Assembly (NCBI GenBank): GCA_031283155.1 | Contig: JAITCI010000020.1 | Span: 27,414 to 91,413, forward strand | DNA length: 64,000 nt | From: Spirochaetota bacterium | GTDB lineage: Bacteria; Spirochaetota; JAGLSM01; JAKPMW01 | Direction: 5' to 3' | Shown here: piece after piece, positions 8,268-18,593 of the stretch | Layout: every line of letters begins with the position of its first letter | Numbering within the stretch: the stretch's first letter is position 1 | Notes under the pieces: model-generated | Database searches by the model: none | The model's input: the letters and a program-made list of their open reading frames with translations, nothing else | What the model was told of the DNA's origin: nothing | Program-made: the position numbers and the translations under genes

Positions 8268-9437
8268 TTGACCATGCAATATGATTTTGACAATATCATC
8301 GACCGAAGCGGTACGTGCAGTATTAAATATGAACCTGTCTGGCGCGGAAGGCCTGCGGACATATTGCCCCTGTGGGTCGCCGATATGGATTTTGCCGCGC
8401 CGCCCTGCGTACAGGAGGCGCTTATCCAGCGCGCCCATCATGGGATCTTCGGATACTCCGAACCGGACGCCGCGTATTTCAGCGCCGTACAGGGATGGTT
8501 TGACTGGCGGCCAGAGCGCGAGTGGCTCACGATCACGCCGGGCGTGGTCAACGCCGTTTGCATCGCCATCCGCGCGTACACAGAGCAGGGCGACGGCATT
8601 GTTATACAGCAGCCCGTATATCATCCCTTTGAATCGAGCATACGGATAACCGGACGACGATTGCTCGTTAATGAGCTTATTCTCCGCGACGGACGCTACA
8701 GCATCGATTTTGACGACTTCGAAGATAAAATCCGGCAGGCTAAATTATTTATTTTGTGCAATCCGCATAATCCCGTGGGGCGCGTATGGAACCGCGATGA
8801 ACTCATGCGCATGGGCGAAATATGCCTGCGGCACGGTGTTATCGTTATCGCCGACGAGATTCATCAGGATTTTATTTTTCCCGGGCACAGACACCTTGTG
8901 TTTGCTGCGCTTGGTCACGATTTTGCCGCGATAACCGTAACCACTACCTCCCCCTCAAAAACATTCAATCTCGCGGGACTGCTGCACGCCAATATTTTTA
9001 TTTCCGATGCAATCCTGCGCACAAAATTCAACGACGAATATACCAAGTCCGGATTAAGCCAGCCGGGTATTATGGGCATGATCGCCTGCCAGGCGGCATA
9101 TACGCACGGCGCTGCGTGGCTCGCGGAGTTGCTGGATTACATCGCGCAGAATATGCTCTTTCTGAAAACATATCTTGCCGAGCGCATCCCCGCGATCAAA
9201 ATGATCGAGCCGGAGGGTACATATCTCGCGTGGCTGGACTTCCGCGGGACCGGAATTCCCCCGCATAAACTGGACGAGACGCTCACGCGCGGGGCAAAGC
9301 TCTGGCTGAACGCCGGCCGCTCTTTTGGCAAAGGCGGCGAGGGTTTCGCGCGCATGAATGTTGCCTGCCCCCGCGCTGTGTTACAAGGCGCGCTTACGCG
9401 GCTTGCCAATGTGGATTGGGAAAACGCTGAATTTTGA
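8268..9437 (+). CDS. patB: PLP-dependent C-S lyase / aminotransferase class I-II (MalY/PatB-type cystathionine beta-lyase)
   Basis: NPHNPVGRVW and SPSKTFNLAGL (PLP-lysine region) motifs. The length is typical of MalY/PatB. Confidence 0.8.
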   Translation: MTMQYDFDNIIDRSGTCSIKYEPVWRGRPADILPLWVADMDFAAPPCVQEALIQRAHHGIFGYSEPDAAYFSAVQGWFDWRPEREWLTITPGVVNAVCIAIRAYTEQGDGIVIQQPVYHPFESSIRITGRRLLVNELILRDGRYSIDFDDFEDKIRQAKLFILCNPHNPVGRVWNRDELMRMGEICLRHGVIVIADEIHQDFIFPGHRHLVFAALGHDFAAITVTTTSPSKTFNLAGLLHANIFISDAILRTKFNDEYTKSGLSQPGIMGMIACQAAYTHGAAWLAELLDYIAQNMLFLKTYLAERIPAIKMIEPEGTYLAWLDFRGTGIPPHKLDETLTRGAKLWLNAGRSFGKGGEGFARMNVACPRAVLQGALTRLANVDWENAEF

Positions 9438-9503
9438 CCAGCGCCTGGTACATGGCGCGGAGCTATTTCGATTCTCATGCCATTCAGATCTGTTTCTGAT
9501 TTT

Positions 9504-10607
9504 TTATCGCAGATTCTTTTCCAGTTCTTCGATAAAATCCCTCGCGGCTGCCTTCATTACCCCAAAAACGGGACCTAACGACCTGGTGCAGTCCAGAACA
9601 AGAACAACGGCTATTGCCTTTCCTGCGTCATCGGGAGTAAGCGAATCTTCCGTATCCACCCTGTACCCTGTATCGCGCGAAGAGCTTATCTCCACCTGTA
9701 TGCTGTCGATAATGAGTTCTTCTCTGGGATTTTCGGGTACCTTGTACGTCAGTTTATGCAGCGGTATGCGGATCTTGCCGTTTCTGCTGTCGCGAGTTCC
9801 GATACTGAGACTTTCGTCAAAAGATATCCATTGATTTCTTGGCTCCACCACCGAGAACTTACTGCCCACCAGACTGCAAAACATTCTTGCCGCCGGCGCT
9901 GTTGGCTGCCCGCTTCCATGCGAAGGATATATGGTTATTCTGAAATATTTTGGGTTATTTGCCGTAAAATTTCCCGGGTTTGTGAACAATTCCACCGTTT
10001 TTACAGTGGTCATAACCTTATTTCTGATATGCTGAAAGGCAGGAAGAATCAAGGTGGAATTTGTTGCCGACGCGTACTCGCCGCCATGGGGGGATACCAA
10101 TTTCGTCCGCAATTCCGCTTCGCGCGCCAGGGGCTTGCCTTCGGGAGCATAGCCTATCGCATGGGCTTCAATGTCCCTTCTTGCCCGCAGATCCTTCTGC
10201 GCCTTGTCATACTCCTGTCCGTAGGGTATATCCGCGTAGGACTCTTTATCGGTCGAGTAATTGTCGTCGCCATCCGTGAATGTGAGGACAAATTTGTGAT
10301 CAAACTGCGGCAGCGCGGAATCGTCAAACAGTTTTAATGACTCAGATACCGCGTAGCAAAGCGCGGTGCTGTCCTCAAAATTATTCTGGGCGTTTATGAA
10401 TTTTTTTGCGCCGTCTGAATTTGCTGACAAAGGATATTTTCTTGCTTCTCTGTCAAAGGCGACAACGCCTATATGCAGCGAGTTTAACGTTCTTTGGGGC
10501 TTTTTTTCAGGCGGATCCGGTTTTGTTTCTTTACAACCCGCGAGCAGCAAAACGCAAATGAGTACCGGTATCGCCGGATAATTATAAATTTTGGCAGTAA
10601 TTTTCAT
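9504..10607 (-). CDS. lipoprotein with a von Willebrand factor A-like domain, apparently circularly permuted
   Basis: Lipobox LLLAGC near the N-terminus. vWA-like C-terminal-half motifs (FVLTFTDGDDN) sit near the N-terminus, while a vWA-like start motif (AVVLVLDCTRSL) sits at the extreme C-terminus. Confidence 0.5.
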   Translation of the reverse strand: MKITAKIYNYPAIPVLICVLLLAGCKETKPDPPEKKPQRTLNSLHIGVVAFDREARKYPLSANSDGAKKFINAQNNFEDSTALCYAVSESLKLFDDSALPQFDHKFVLTFTDGDDNYSTDKESYADIPYGQEYDKAQKDLRARRDIEAHAIGYAPEGKPLAREAELRTKLVSPHGGEYASATNSTLILPAFQHIRNKVMTTVKTVELFTNPGNFTANNPKYFRITIYPSHGSGQPTAPAARMFCSLVGSKFSVVEPRNQWISFDESLSIGTRDSRNGKIRIPLHKLTYKVPENPREELIIDSIQVEISSSRDTGYRVDTEDSLTPDDAGKAIAVVLVLDCTRSLGPVFGVMKAAARDFIEELEKNLR

Positions 10608-10792
10608 TATTGTTTCCTCTTTATCCGGCGGAGAGTGCGGGGCTGTTTTTGATTGGGAGTAGTGTGTGATGCTGTCATACTACCGCACTCTCGGATACAA
10701 GGCTACACACTGAAGGATTGAATTTCAAATAAAAAATGAACTTTTGAGGAAAACTGTCGGGATATTCCCCTGTTTTTACTCAATGAAGGGCT

Positions 10793-11767
10793 TTGTTTTC
10801 ATGGAAGAATGACGCCGCGCGTGTTATAATGGAGAACCATATCTCACGGGGGGCGGATGGAAAAATGTTTACAAAAAAGCGTCCTGACGGAACGTATATA
10901 AAAGATATGCACTTTTTTGATCGGCTGCTGCCCTATCTCATGCCAACGAGATCGGACGCCGTTATATATTTTGAAACTGAATTTGACGTCACGGAGACGC
11001 TGCAATATATCCACCGAAAAAGGAGGGAGGATCCCGCGCGCAAAAACCTGGGTTTGTTCTACATCATACTGTACGCAAGTCTGCGGGTGCTGGCGCAAAG
11101 GCCAAAGATGAACCGTTTTGTATCGGGGTACAGATACTATCAGCGGAACAGAATTTCCTTTAACTTTGTGGCGAAACGCGGGCTGAAAGACGACGGCGAG
11201 GAACTGAATGTCACGCAGTCTTTCCCGCCGTTTATATCGCTGCATGATTTTTGCGCCAAAATTGACGCCTGTATCCTTTCGCTGAAGGCCGGAGAAAATT
11301 CAGACTCTGAAAAACTGAATTCCTTTGTCGCCGGGCTGCCCCGCTTTATAATCAGGTTTATGATGCGGGGTGTGCAATTTCTGGACAGGCACAACGCTCT
11401 GCCCATGTCGGCCATTGATTCGCTGCCTTTTTACAGCAGCATATTTTTCACCCATGTGGGCAGCGTGGGCATAGACGCTCCCTTTCATCACAATTTTGAA
11501 ATCGGCAACTGCGGGATATTCTGCGCCATCGGCAAATTGCGGAAGGAATACCGTTTTACCGCCGACGGCACTCCCACGCCGCGCCGCGTAATAAAAATCA
11601 CCTATACCTTCGACGACAGAATAGCCGATGGAATTTACTGCGCGCGGGCGGTCGATATGGTCAGCGATCTGGTCAGAAACCCCGAGAAACTCGAGATCCC
11701 GCTTGTATTAACCGCCAAGCAAATAGCCGCCCTGGCGCTGGCTAAACGTGAAACCGCAGGGACATAG
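10793..11767 (+). CDS. CAT / 2-oxoacid-dehydrogenase-E2-like acyltransferase-fold protein
   Basis: EFDVTETLQYI followed by a C-terminal FDDRIADGIYCARAV block resembles the E2 catalytic domain (DHRxxDG), but with His replaced by Asp. The start may be at a downstream Met (10829 or 10865). Confidence 0.4.
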   Translation: MFSWKNDAARVIMENHISRGADGKMFTKKRPDGTYIKDMHFFDRLLPYLMPTRSDAVIYFETEFDVTETLQYIHRKRREDPARKNLGLFYIILYASLRVLAQRPKMNRFVSGYRYYQRNRISFNFVAKRGLKDDGEELNVTQSFPPFISLHDFCAKIDACILSLKAGENSDSEKLNSFVAGLPRFIIRFMMRGVQFLDRHNALPMSAIDSLPFYSSIFFTHVGSVGIDAPFHHNFEIGNCGIFCAIGKLRKEYRFTADGTPTPRRVIKITYTFDDRIADGIYCARAVDMVSDLVRNPEKLEIPLVLTAKQIAALALAKRETAGT

Positions 11768-11818
11768 TGACGCCAAACACAGATGACCGTACCCGTTGAT
11801 AGATATGCGCTGACTTCC

Positions 11819-12673
11819 TCACGTCGAGTGTTTGAGCCGCTTGCCGCCAGGCGGCCAGGGCAGGACGTCCGCAAAAAATCCGGCCGCCTTGGCGTGCCCC
11901 CCGCCGCCAAACTGCGCGCATATCTTTGAGACGTCGATATCCGCGCGCGCGGTATACAGGGAGATGTGGTAGCGTTCGCCGTCAAACATATAGGCAATAC
12001 AAATATCGTAGACCTTTTCGAGTTCGCCGAACATTGCGGAATTGCCGCGCAGATTGCAGACGGCGGCTCTGTACCCCGCAAGGGTTGTCTCGTAGGCATA
12101 CTCCTTGATCAGCCGCGCGCGCCGCCTGGTTTCGTAGGCGTTGATCGCGCGGCCCGGCGCGAGGATCGGCTCGAGATCGCGCATCAGCAGCCCCTGGCGA
12201 AGATATTCCTTCCAGAACGGCGCTGTGGGGAGAATGTCATACAACTCCAAACCGTAATTGAGATTTATGGATTCTTCACCGAAACTGAATCTCCATATAT
12301 CCATATCGCCTATCATCTGCACGATGAGCGGAATTGCTTCGTTCGGGAAAAAAAACTGCCAGGCAAGAACGCAGGCCGCCTCTTCGGTGTTTTGGATACC
12401 CAAAACACCGTGTTCCCCTGCCCAGACCGCGTTCTTTTCAAGCGCGGAGATATGGTGATCGACCCAAACGATATCATGGGTGATCGCCCAGAGGCTATCG
12501 CGGTCGGGAATGTTTATATCCAGAAAAACGACCTTTTCGCCAGGCGCGATATCCTGAAACCGGAAGGTCATGTCGTGCCGCCAGCCGCAGTAAATTCCTG
12601 CTGACGCATAATAAAGAGCGGCGATTGCTCCGGCGCAGCAACCATCCGGATCAAGATGAAAATAAATTCGCAT
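11819..12673 (-). CDS. DHH/DHHA1 family phosphoesterase
   Basis: DHH motif (VWVDHHIS) and DHHA1 GGGGH motif (QFGGGGHAKAAG). Confidence 0.75.
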   Translation of the reverse strand: MRIYFHLDPDGCCAGAIAALYYASAGIYCGWRHDMTFRFQDIAPGEKVVFLDINIPDRDSLWAITHDIVWVDHHISALEKNAVWAGEHGVLGIQNTEEAACVLAWQFFFPNEAIPLIVQMIGDMDIWRFSFGEESINLNYGLELYDILPTAPFWKEYLRQGLLMRDLEPILAPGRAINAYETRRRARLIKEYAYETTLAGYRAAVCNLRGNSAMFGELEKVYDICIAYMFDGERYHISLYTARADIDVSKICAQFGGGGHAKAAGFFADVLPWPPGGKRLKHST

Positions 12674-12720
12674 TCAATTTTTCCTTACGTACTTCCCCGC
12701 GCGGTAAAAACAGACACAGG

Positions 12721-14508
12721 CTATTTATCGCCTTTTACAAAGGGTTCAAGGATTCCGGCCAGCGAATTGGTTACTTCGTATACATGCTGCACGGCCTTGA
12801 TGATAAGCTTATTCCGCGACCCGCCTATTTGATATATATTGCGCACAAACTCCGGTTTGCGAATCTCATGCACATCCCTGATAATGGCGGAAAGCGCGGG
12901 AAGGGAAGCGACGACCACTTCGCCAAGCGATCGAAGCGCCTTCGCCGCCAGATTATTCAAAAGATGAATTTTGTCACTCACTGTTTTATACGCAGGCTGA
13001 TCGCCCGAATACCGCAAAATCGTGTTCTGGGTCTTCTCGCCCTCGGGTTCAGAAGCCGAAACTCTTCTCTCAAAATCCTGCACCTTTGCAAAGAGATCGC
13101 TGAACTTATAGAAATAGTCCCCGAGGCTCGCATGGAGCATTTTATTGACAAACTCACCGTCAACCACTATCGAATTGAGCGCCGGACGCACAAGCGGCTC
13201 AAACATTCTGTGATTGAAGGCTTTTGCAGCCTGCATCTGCCTGCAATACAGAAATATCGGAAGACCAAATGTTTGCAGCCTCTTGTTTGTCTCTTCGTTA
13301 TAAAATTCGATATCAGGTATTTCCGTATCGCCGAAAAGTTCAAAGATACGTTTTCCCAGCTCGTCAATATCGATCTGGTGCTGCAGCACCTCCGCCTTGC
13401 TCAAAAGGCGTACGCGCAGGGAGGCCGCCATTTCCTCCAGGGGGTTTACAGAGATTCGGCGCATACTGAAGGAACGGTCGGGCGAGCGGGTTATGATGCG
13501 AATGATCGTAGAAAGACGTTCGTCTTTGATCAGAGACGTAATCAAGGGAACACAGCGCGCATCCATTCCCTTTCTCCATGCTTCTCTCGAACTGCCCCCC
13601 GCGCCTGTCTCCTCTGTGCCGCTGTCAGTGCTTATGATATCCGCGTAGGCCGCGAGAGCCGAGAACATTTCGTCCATATTTATGGACAAGTCAATGGAGC
13701 AGACAAGCTCCTCAAGACGAGTTAAATCAAAAAGAGCTTCGTTCGCGTCGGTCGGCGAAAAAACAGGCATTCCGGCGGAGGCAAAAACAGCAGGATCCCC
13801 AAACCGGCGCAGAAACGCAAAAAAATTATAAAAAGCGAGCCGCTGGTATGCTATAAAATTGGAACAGAGCAGATTGATCATACCGCGCTTGTCATGACTC
13901 ATGGAAGTAAGCATTTTATCCAGATCGCGGTCTATCGTTGCCTTAATCTGCGCCTTTTCAAAGAGCTTGTGGTTTTCCTTGATATATTCATACGTGTAAC
14001 GCTTTTCGATATCGGGTAACTCCGGCTCGATGCGGCGAATAAAAAATTCGATAAACCCGCGGCTTCCCGTATCGGGACCGGACATCTGGCAATCTTCATA
14101 GATCTGTCTAAGTCCGCCCATAATCTCGGAAATCTTGTAAATGATTTCCGCCAGAGATGGTAAAAGCTGATTTGACCGCACATTATAAAGCTGGGGCTTG
14201 AAGGTTCGGGCACGCGCGGCGAGCGAAGCAATTGCCTGCTTTTTGATGAATTCTTCTTCTGTGATGCCCGTAAAAAGCTGCTGGATGAACAGACTGAAAC
14301 GCTGCCAGGGAGTCAGGCTCCCCTGTTTTTTGCTCTTGCCAACGGAAGAATTTGACTTGCCCGGCCGACGCTGCGTTTCATCCGCGCTTTCGCTTATGGA
14401 TGCACCGGCCTCGCGGAACTCCCGCTCAAGACGCTCGCGCTCCGAGCGGTCAAGGGCGTTTACCTGGCGCTCAACGGGCGATGCCGGTCTGTTATCGGAA
14501 TCCATCAT
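12721..14508 (-). CDS. hypothetical protein (595 aa)
   Basis: Long ORF with protein-like composition. No recognisable motif. Confidence 0.5.
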   Translation of the reverse strand: MMDSDNRPASPVERQVNALDRSERERLEREFREAGASISESADETQRRPGKSNSSVGKSKKQGSLTPWQRFSLFIQQLFTGITEEEFIKKQAIASLAARARTFKPQLYNVRSNQLLPSLAEIIYKISEIMGGLRQIYEDCQMSGPDTGSRGFIEFFIRRIEPELPDIEKRYTYEYIKENHKLFEKAQIKATIDRDLDKMLTSMSHDKRGMINLLCSNFIAYQRLAFYNFFAFLRRFGDPAVFASAGMPVFSPTDANEALFDLTRLEELVCSIDLSINMDEMFSALAAYADIISTDSGTEETGAGGSSREAWRKGMDARCVPLITSLIKDERLSTIIRIITRSPDRSFSMRRISVNPLEEMAASLRVRLLSKAEVLQHQIDIDELGKRIFELFGDTEIPDIEFYNEETNKRLQTFGLPIFLYCRQMQAAKAFNHRMFEPLVRPALNSIVVDGEFVNKMLHASLGDYFYKFSDLFAKVQDFERRVSASEPEGEKTQNTILRYSGDQPAYKTVSDKIHLLNNLAAKALRSLGEVVVASLPALSAIIRDVHEIRKPEFVRNIYQIGGSRNKLIIKAVQHVYEVTNSLAGILEPFVKGDK

Positions 14509-14634
14509 GCTTCCTTCTGCGGCTTCTTATACCCCCGGCAGGATGAAAACCCGGGCGTACACACCATTTTGCGAACCCTTTCCTGATGAACTCAGCTATC
14601 TTACATCACGAAAAAATGACAAGCAATACAGAAT

Positions 14635-15399
14635 ATGATATACTCAAAGGATAAGGATTCAAGCATGAAAGATAATAAAGATATCCTCTTTGAATACGGT
14701 GATCCGAACAAACCCCGCGGAAATGCCCTCGCCTACTGGCGGCTGCTCACAGACGCTGAAAGCGAGAGTTTCCAGCGCATCATCGCGACCAATTTTGTAA
14801 TTTCCCCCCTCTTTATCGGTCATCAGGGAATTGCGGCGACATTTCCTCCTCAGGTTATAGAAACCTACGACAGGCTGCTCGATATCGCGCGCAAAGCGGA
14901 AATCGACCTTATTTTTGTCGATGAATTAAAAATTCCCCTGGATGACTTTGATTTTGACAATTTTTTCAAGACCCAGTTCGCGCGCTTTAATAAAATTGTC
15001 GCCGCTTACTTAAAACGCTATGCCGTCGCGTTTGAAAATTTGCCGGAGCATGAAGCGGTCGGGACGGAAAACAGTGAGCTGGAGAACATAAACAATATCG
15101 ATCGGCTCACACAAGAGGCGCGGCAGTCCCTTCTTGCGCATCCGGGCACCGCTCAGGCGCAAAACGCCCTCCTGCGTATCCGCAAGATCGCAGCGACCCT
15201 GAACTCGCCCTCCTATAAATACGACGTAGAGGATCTCCTTGAGTTCCTGAATTGCCCCGACGAGCGCGTGGAAGAACTCTCGCGCCTGTATCACCGGAAA
15301 TTTATCGCGATCTATACCGAGCGCTACGAGGATGCCGAAAAGCTCAAGCGCGCCATCCGGCATCTCTCCCGCAGTATTTCCCTGGAATTGCCGTCGTGA
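14635..15399 (+). CDS. hypothetical protein (254 aa)
   Basis: ORF divergent from the 595-aa gene, with protein-like composition. No recognisable motif. Confidence 0.45.
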   Translation: MIYSKDKDSSMKDNKDILFEYGDPNKPRGNALAYWRLLTDAESESFQRIIATNFVISPLFIGHQGIAATFPPQVIETYDRLLDIARKAEIDLIFVDELKIPLDDFDFDNFFKTQFARFNKIVAAYLKRYAVAFENLPEHEAVGTENSELENINNIDRLTQEARQSLLAHPGTAQAQNALLRIRKIAATLNSPSYKYDVEDLLEFLNCPDERVEELSRLYHRKFIAIYTERYEDAEKLKRAIRHLSRSISLELPS

Positions 15400-15505
15400 G
15401 TACAGCAAAACCGTAACACAAACGGATAGACAAAATAGATCCGTATATGCTATTGTATCGGTATACCGAGCGCGTTTGCGATCCAATAAAACTTTGGATG
15501 GAACC

Positions 15506-15850
15506 ATGGCCGAGCAAGTCAATGAGAGAATGACGCGAATATCTTCCAGCATATATGGCGTCTATCATTATAAGGGCAGTAAAGTGCAGTGCGTGATCAC
15601 CGATTTTTCGGTGAACGGAATTGCCATCACCACCAACCAGCTTTTGGTTCCGGGTGATCTGATTCGCATCAAGGCCGATCTGCCCCGCAGCAGCGCCAAG
15701 ATCGATATTTGGTGCGTGGTGCGCAATGTTCAGGGGCGTAAAGTGGGTTTGCAATTTGAGGAAATCAGCAACGAACAGAAGGATAGCCTGATTCAGTATG
15801 TGTATTCGATCCTGGACACCTCAAATCTTCCCAAAACCGAGAAATATTAA
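15506..15850 (+). CDS. PilZ domain protein (c-di-GMP receptor)
   Basis: RxxxR (RMTRISS) and D/NxSxxG (TDFSVNGIAIT) PilZ motifs. The start was taken at the internal Met giving a 114-aa protein. Confidence 0.65.
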   Translation: MAEQVNERMTRISSSIYGVYHYKGSKVQCVITDFSVNGIAITTNQLLVPGDLIRIKADLPRSSAKIDIWCVVRNVQGRKVGLQFEEISNEQKDSLIQYVYSILDTSNLPKTEKY

Positions 15851-15862
15851 ACCCCGGAGGAA

Positions 15863-17494
15863 ATGATGCGTGGTTTTTCAGTTTTCACGCTCTTCTGCCT
15901 TCTGCTGATCTTCACGGGGCTTACAGGCGCTTGCGGAATGAGCCGCGAAAATAAAATTCTCGAATCCTTTTTTGATTCGCTCTACAGGGATAAGAGCGTG
16001 GATCCGCTTCTTTCCTCTATGCTCCCGTTTTTTGCCAATGACGTCCGCGAAAAACGCCTCCCCGTGTACGGCGGACAAGGCCGTCTCTCCGACAAAATCA
16101 GGGACTGTACAATTTCCGGCATGAAGGAGCAGGAGAAAGACGAACGCCTCTCCGTAAGCGCCTCGCTGCGCGAGATCCCGCGAACCGGTGCCGCCACGGA
16201 AAAGGGCTTCATTGCGCGCTTCGCGAAACGCCATAGTCCCGACGGCAAAGATTCTGTATGGATGCTCTACGACATGGCGTTTTCCGCGCAGCCTGTACAA
16301 AACACGGACGCCTGGCTCAGGCTCATTGAACTGAGTCCCGCCTCACGCAGTCTCCTGAGTACCCTGAGCAACGACGCCGATGTTCTGCTGTTTGGGCGCG
16401 TTTCCGAAGACCCTGTTATTCATATTCTCCGCGAGATCGCCGCCTGCATACCCGCGCGCATACGTTTTTCATATCACGACCCCGATATCGACCGCGGCAT
16501 GGCCGCAAGCTATGGTATTTCGCGCTCCCCGCATATCGTCATTGAAAATGGCAATCGCAGGGCGATCATCCCAATATCCGATCTCTCCTGGGAGGAGCAA
16601 AAAACGGCGAACCCCGAGCGCGTACTGGGCGCGGAGCAAAAACTGACGGCTGCCTTTCTTCGCGTTGCGGGACCGTCTGTGTATGCCGTTTTTATTGAGG
16701 GCATGGGCGAGAGGAACCTTGATAGAAACACGCCGCGCGGGCTTTCCAGATTCATCGCAGCGCTTTCCAACAGTGGATATATCGTGCAGCGCGAGCGTCT
16801 TGGCAGCGCCCTTGATCAGGCTGCGGCGGACGCGCGGCAAATTTTGATATTTGCGGATCCGCGCTATGCGCCGGCACCGGACGAGGAGGCTAAACTCCTG
16901 CAGGCACTCGGCGCGGGAACGGTGCAGGCTCTTTTCCTTTTTGATACGCCCGTTACTCCCTGGGGTATGCGGCTTGCCGCCGCTTTCGGCTTCCGGGCTC
17001 TTGGTGTAACCATACTCGACCCCACCAATAAGGATTCATTCCGGGGGGCGCGCTGGATTGAGTCGCTCATCCAGCAGCACGAAGCCGCGCTGCATTACGT
17101 ACACCGCCCTTCCTTTCGCTTCCTGATCGGAGAAGGGGTTGGCTCGATCCAAATAAAAGATTTTACTTCAGATAATTTCAGAGCGCAGCCAATAGTTTCC
17201 TGCAGCAGCAATGGCTGGGCCTCGATTGACTTTGATCCCGAAAAACCGGACGAGGCCGAATATGAACCCGGCAAGGATATACCCGGCCCGCTGCATTTCG
17301 GCTTTGCGGTGAGTACGGCCGGATCAAAACCAGCGGCAATATTTATCGGGGACGCCGACTGCATCGCCAATGAACTCTTTCAATCGCGCATGAGCAACTG
17401 GCTCTTTACGGCAGACCTTCTTGCCTGGCTGCTTGCAAACGAGGTATACGCAGTTCCTGCGAAAAGCTATCCCACAGCCCGGCAATACAGATAG
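15863..17494 (+). CDS. lipoprotein, possibly GldG-like / ABC-transporter-auxiliary family
   Basis: Signal peptide with LTGAC lipobox. The overall similarity to GldG-type ABC auxiliary proteins is tentative. Confidence 0.45.
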   Translation: MMRGFSVFTLFCLLLIFTGLTGACGMSRENKILESFFDSLYRDKSVDPLLSSMLPFFANDVREKRLPVYGGQGRLSDKIRDCTISGMKEQEKDERLSVSASLREIPRTGAATEKGFIARFAKRHSPDGKDSVWMLYDMAFSAQPVQNTDAWLRLIELSPASRSLLSTLSNDADVLLFGRVSEDPVIHILREIAACIPARIRFSYHDPDIDRGMAASYGISRSPHIVIENGNRRAIIPISDLSWEEQKTANPERVLGAEQKLTAAFLRVAGPSVYAVFIEGMGERNLDRNTPRGLSRFIAALSNSGYIVQRERLGSALDQAAADARQILIFADPRYAPAPDEEAKLLQALGAGTVQALFLFDTPVTPWGMRLAAAFGFRALGVTILDPTNKDSFRGARWIESLIQQHEAALHYVHRPSFRFLIGEGVGSIQIKDFTSDNFRAQPIVSCSSNGWASIDFDPEKPDEAEYEPGKDIPGPLHFGFAVSTAGSKPAAIFIGDADCIANELFQSRMSNWLFTADLLAWLLANEVYAVPAKSYPTARQYR

Positions 17495-17495
17495 C

Positions 17496-18593
17496 TTAGC
17501 CGCCGAATGCCTGCTGTATCTCTTTCCCTTTTTCCAGAAAGATTTTAGTTAAAGCCGGATCAAAATGCTCGCCCGACTCCTTCTCGATAATGTCGATGCT
17601 CTCCTCGTGGGTGCGCGGATCCTTATAGGGGCGCCTGGAACGCAGCGCGTCGTACACATCCGCAAAAGCCACGATACGCGCCGCCAGAGGGATATTCTCG
17701 CCGGAGAGTCCGTCGGGATAGCCCGTGCCATTCCACCACTCATGGTGGGAGCGCGCGATGTCCACGCACATCGCGACAAAATCGTTCTGCTTGTCGCGCT
17801 CAAGAACAATCTTGAGGCAATTTGCGCCCGCAGCCGAATGCGTTTTCATAATCTCAAATTCTTCCGGCGTAAGCTTTCCCTGCTTCAGGAGTATGGAGTC
17901 CGGAATCGCCACCTTGCCAATATCATGGAGAGGCGAGGCGTCATGGATATTTTCGCAAAACCTTTCGGTGACAACTGCCGCATATTCCGGCTTTTCGCGC
18001 AGCGCTGCGGCGATGATGCGGCAAACATTCTTTGTGCGCGCGACATGCTGATGCGTATCGCCGTCTTTACATTCCACCAGATTGGCCATTGCCTCAATCA
18101 AAGCCATTTGGGTGCCGGAAATCTGCTTCACCTTTTCCTGTACAATGTTCTCGAGCTGTTCATTGTATTTTTTGAGTTCATTCTGCGCCTGCGACAGCCG
18201 CAGATGCGAACCCACGCGCGCGTGTACCTCTTCCATCTGGAATGGCTTTGTAATATAATCCACCGCGCCTTCCGTAAAAGCGCGCAGCTTGAAATTGTTG
18301 TCCGCGAGCGCGCTGATAAAAATTACGGGGATATTCTTGAGCCGCTCATCGGCCTTCAGCCTCTGGATAACCTCAAAACCATCCATCTCCGGCATGGTTA
18401 TATCCAGCAGGATCAGATCCGGAACCTGCGTTTCTGTGGCTTTCAGCGCAAGGCTGCCGCGCGGGAAAGCAAGCACCCGGTATTTCTCAATCTGAAGCAT
18501 TTCCTGAAGAAGAACCAGATTGGCGGGTGTATCATCCACGACCATGATGGTAAGAGGCTCACGCTTTGCGCCGCCGGATTGTTTTGTAAGCAT
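17496..18593 (-). CDS. response regulator receiver plus HD-GYP phosphodiesterase
   Basis: REC domain (LILLDITMPEMDG, phospho-acceptor Asp) and HD-GYP motifs (HDIGK ... HHEWWNGTGYPDGL). GGAGGG RBS before the chosen ATG. Confidence 0.85.
   Translation of the reverse strand: MLTKQSGGAKREPLTIMVVDDTPANLVLLQEMLQIEKYRVLAFPRGSLALKATETQVPDLILLDITMPEMDGFEVIQRLKADERLKNIPVIFISALADNNFKLRAFTEGAVDYITKPFQMEEVHARVGSHLRLSQAQNELKKYNEQLENIVQEKVKQISGTQMALIEAMANLVECKDGDTHQHVARTKNVCRIIAAALREKPEYAAVVTERFCENIHDASPLHDIGKVAIPDSILLKQGKLTPEEFEIMKTHSAAGANCLKIVLERDKQNDFVAMCVDIARSHHEWWNGTGYPDGLSGENIPLAARIVAFADVYDALRSRRPYKDPRTHEESIDIIEKESGEHFDPALTKIFLEKGKEIQQAFGG

Noticed and set aside
11966-12604. 212-aa + ORF
   Set aside because: It is antisense to the DHH/DHHA1 phosphoesterase gene, which has clear motifs.
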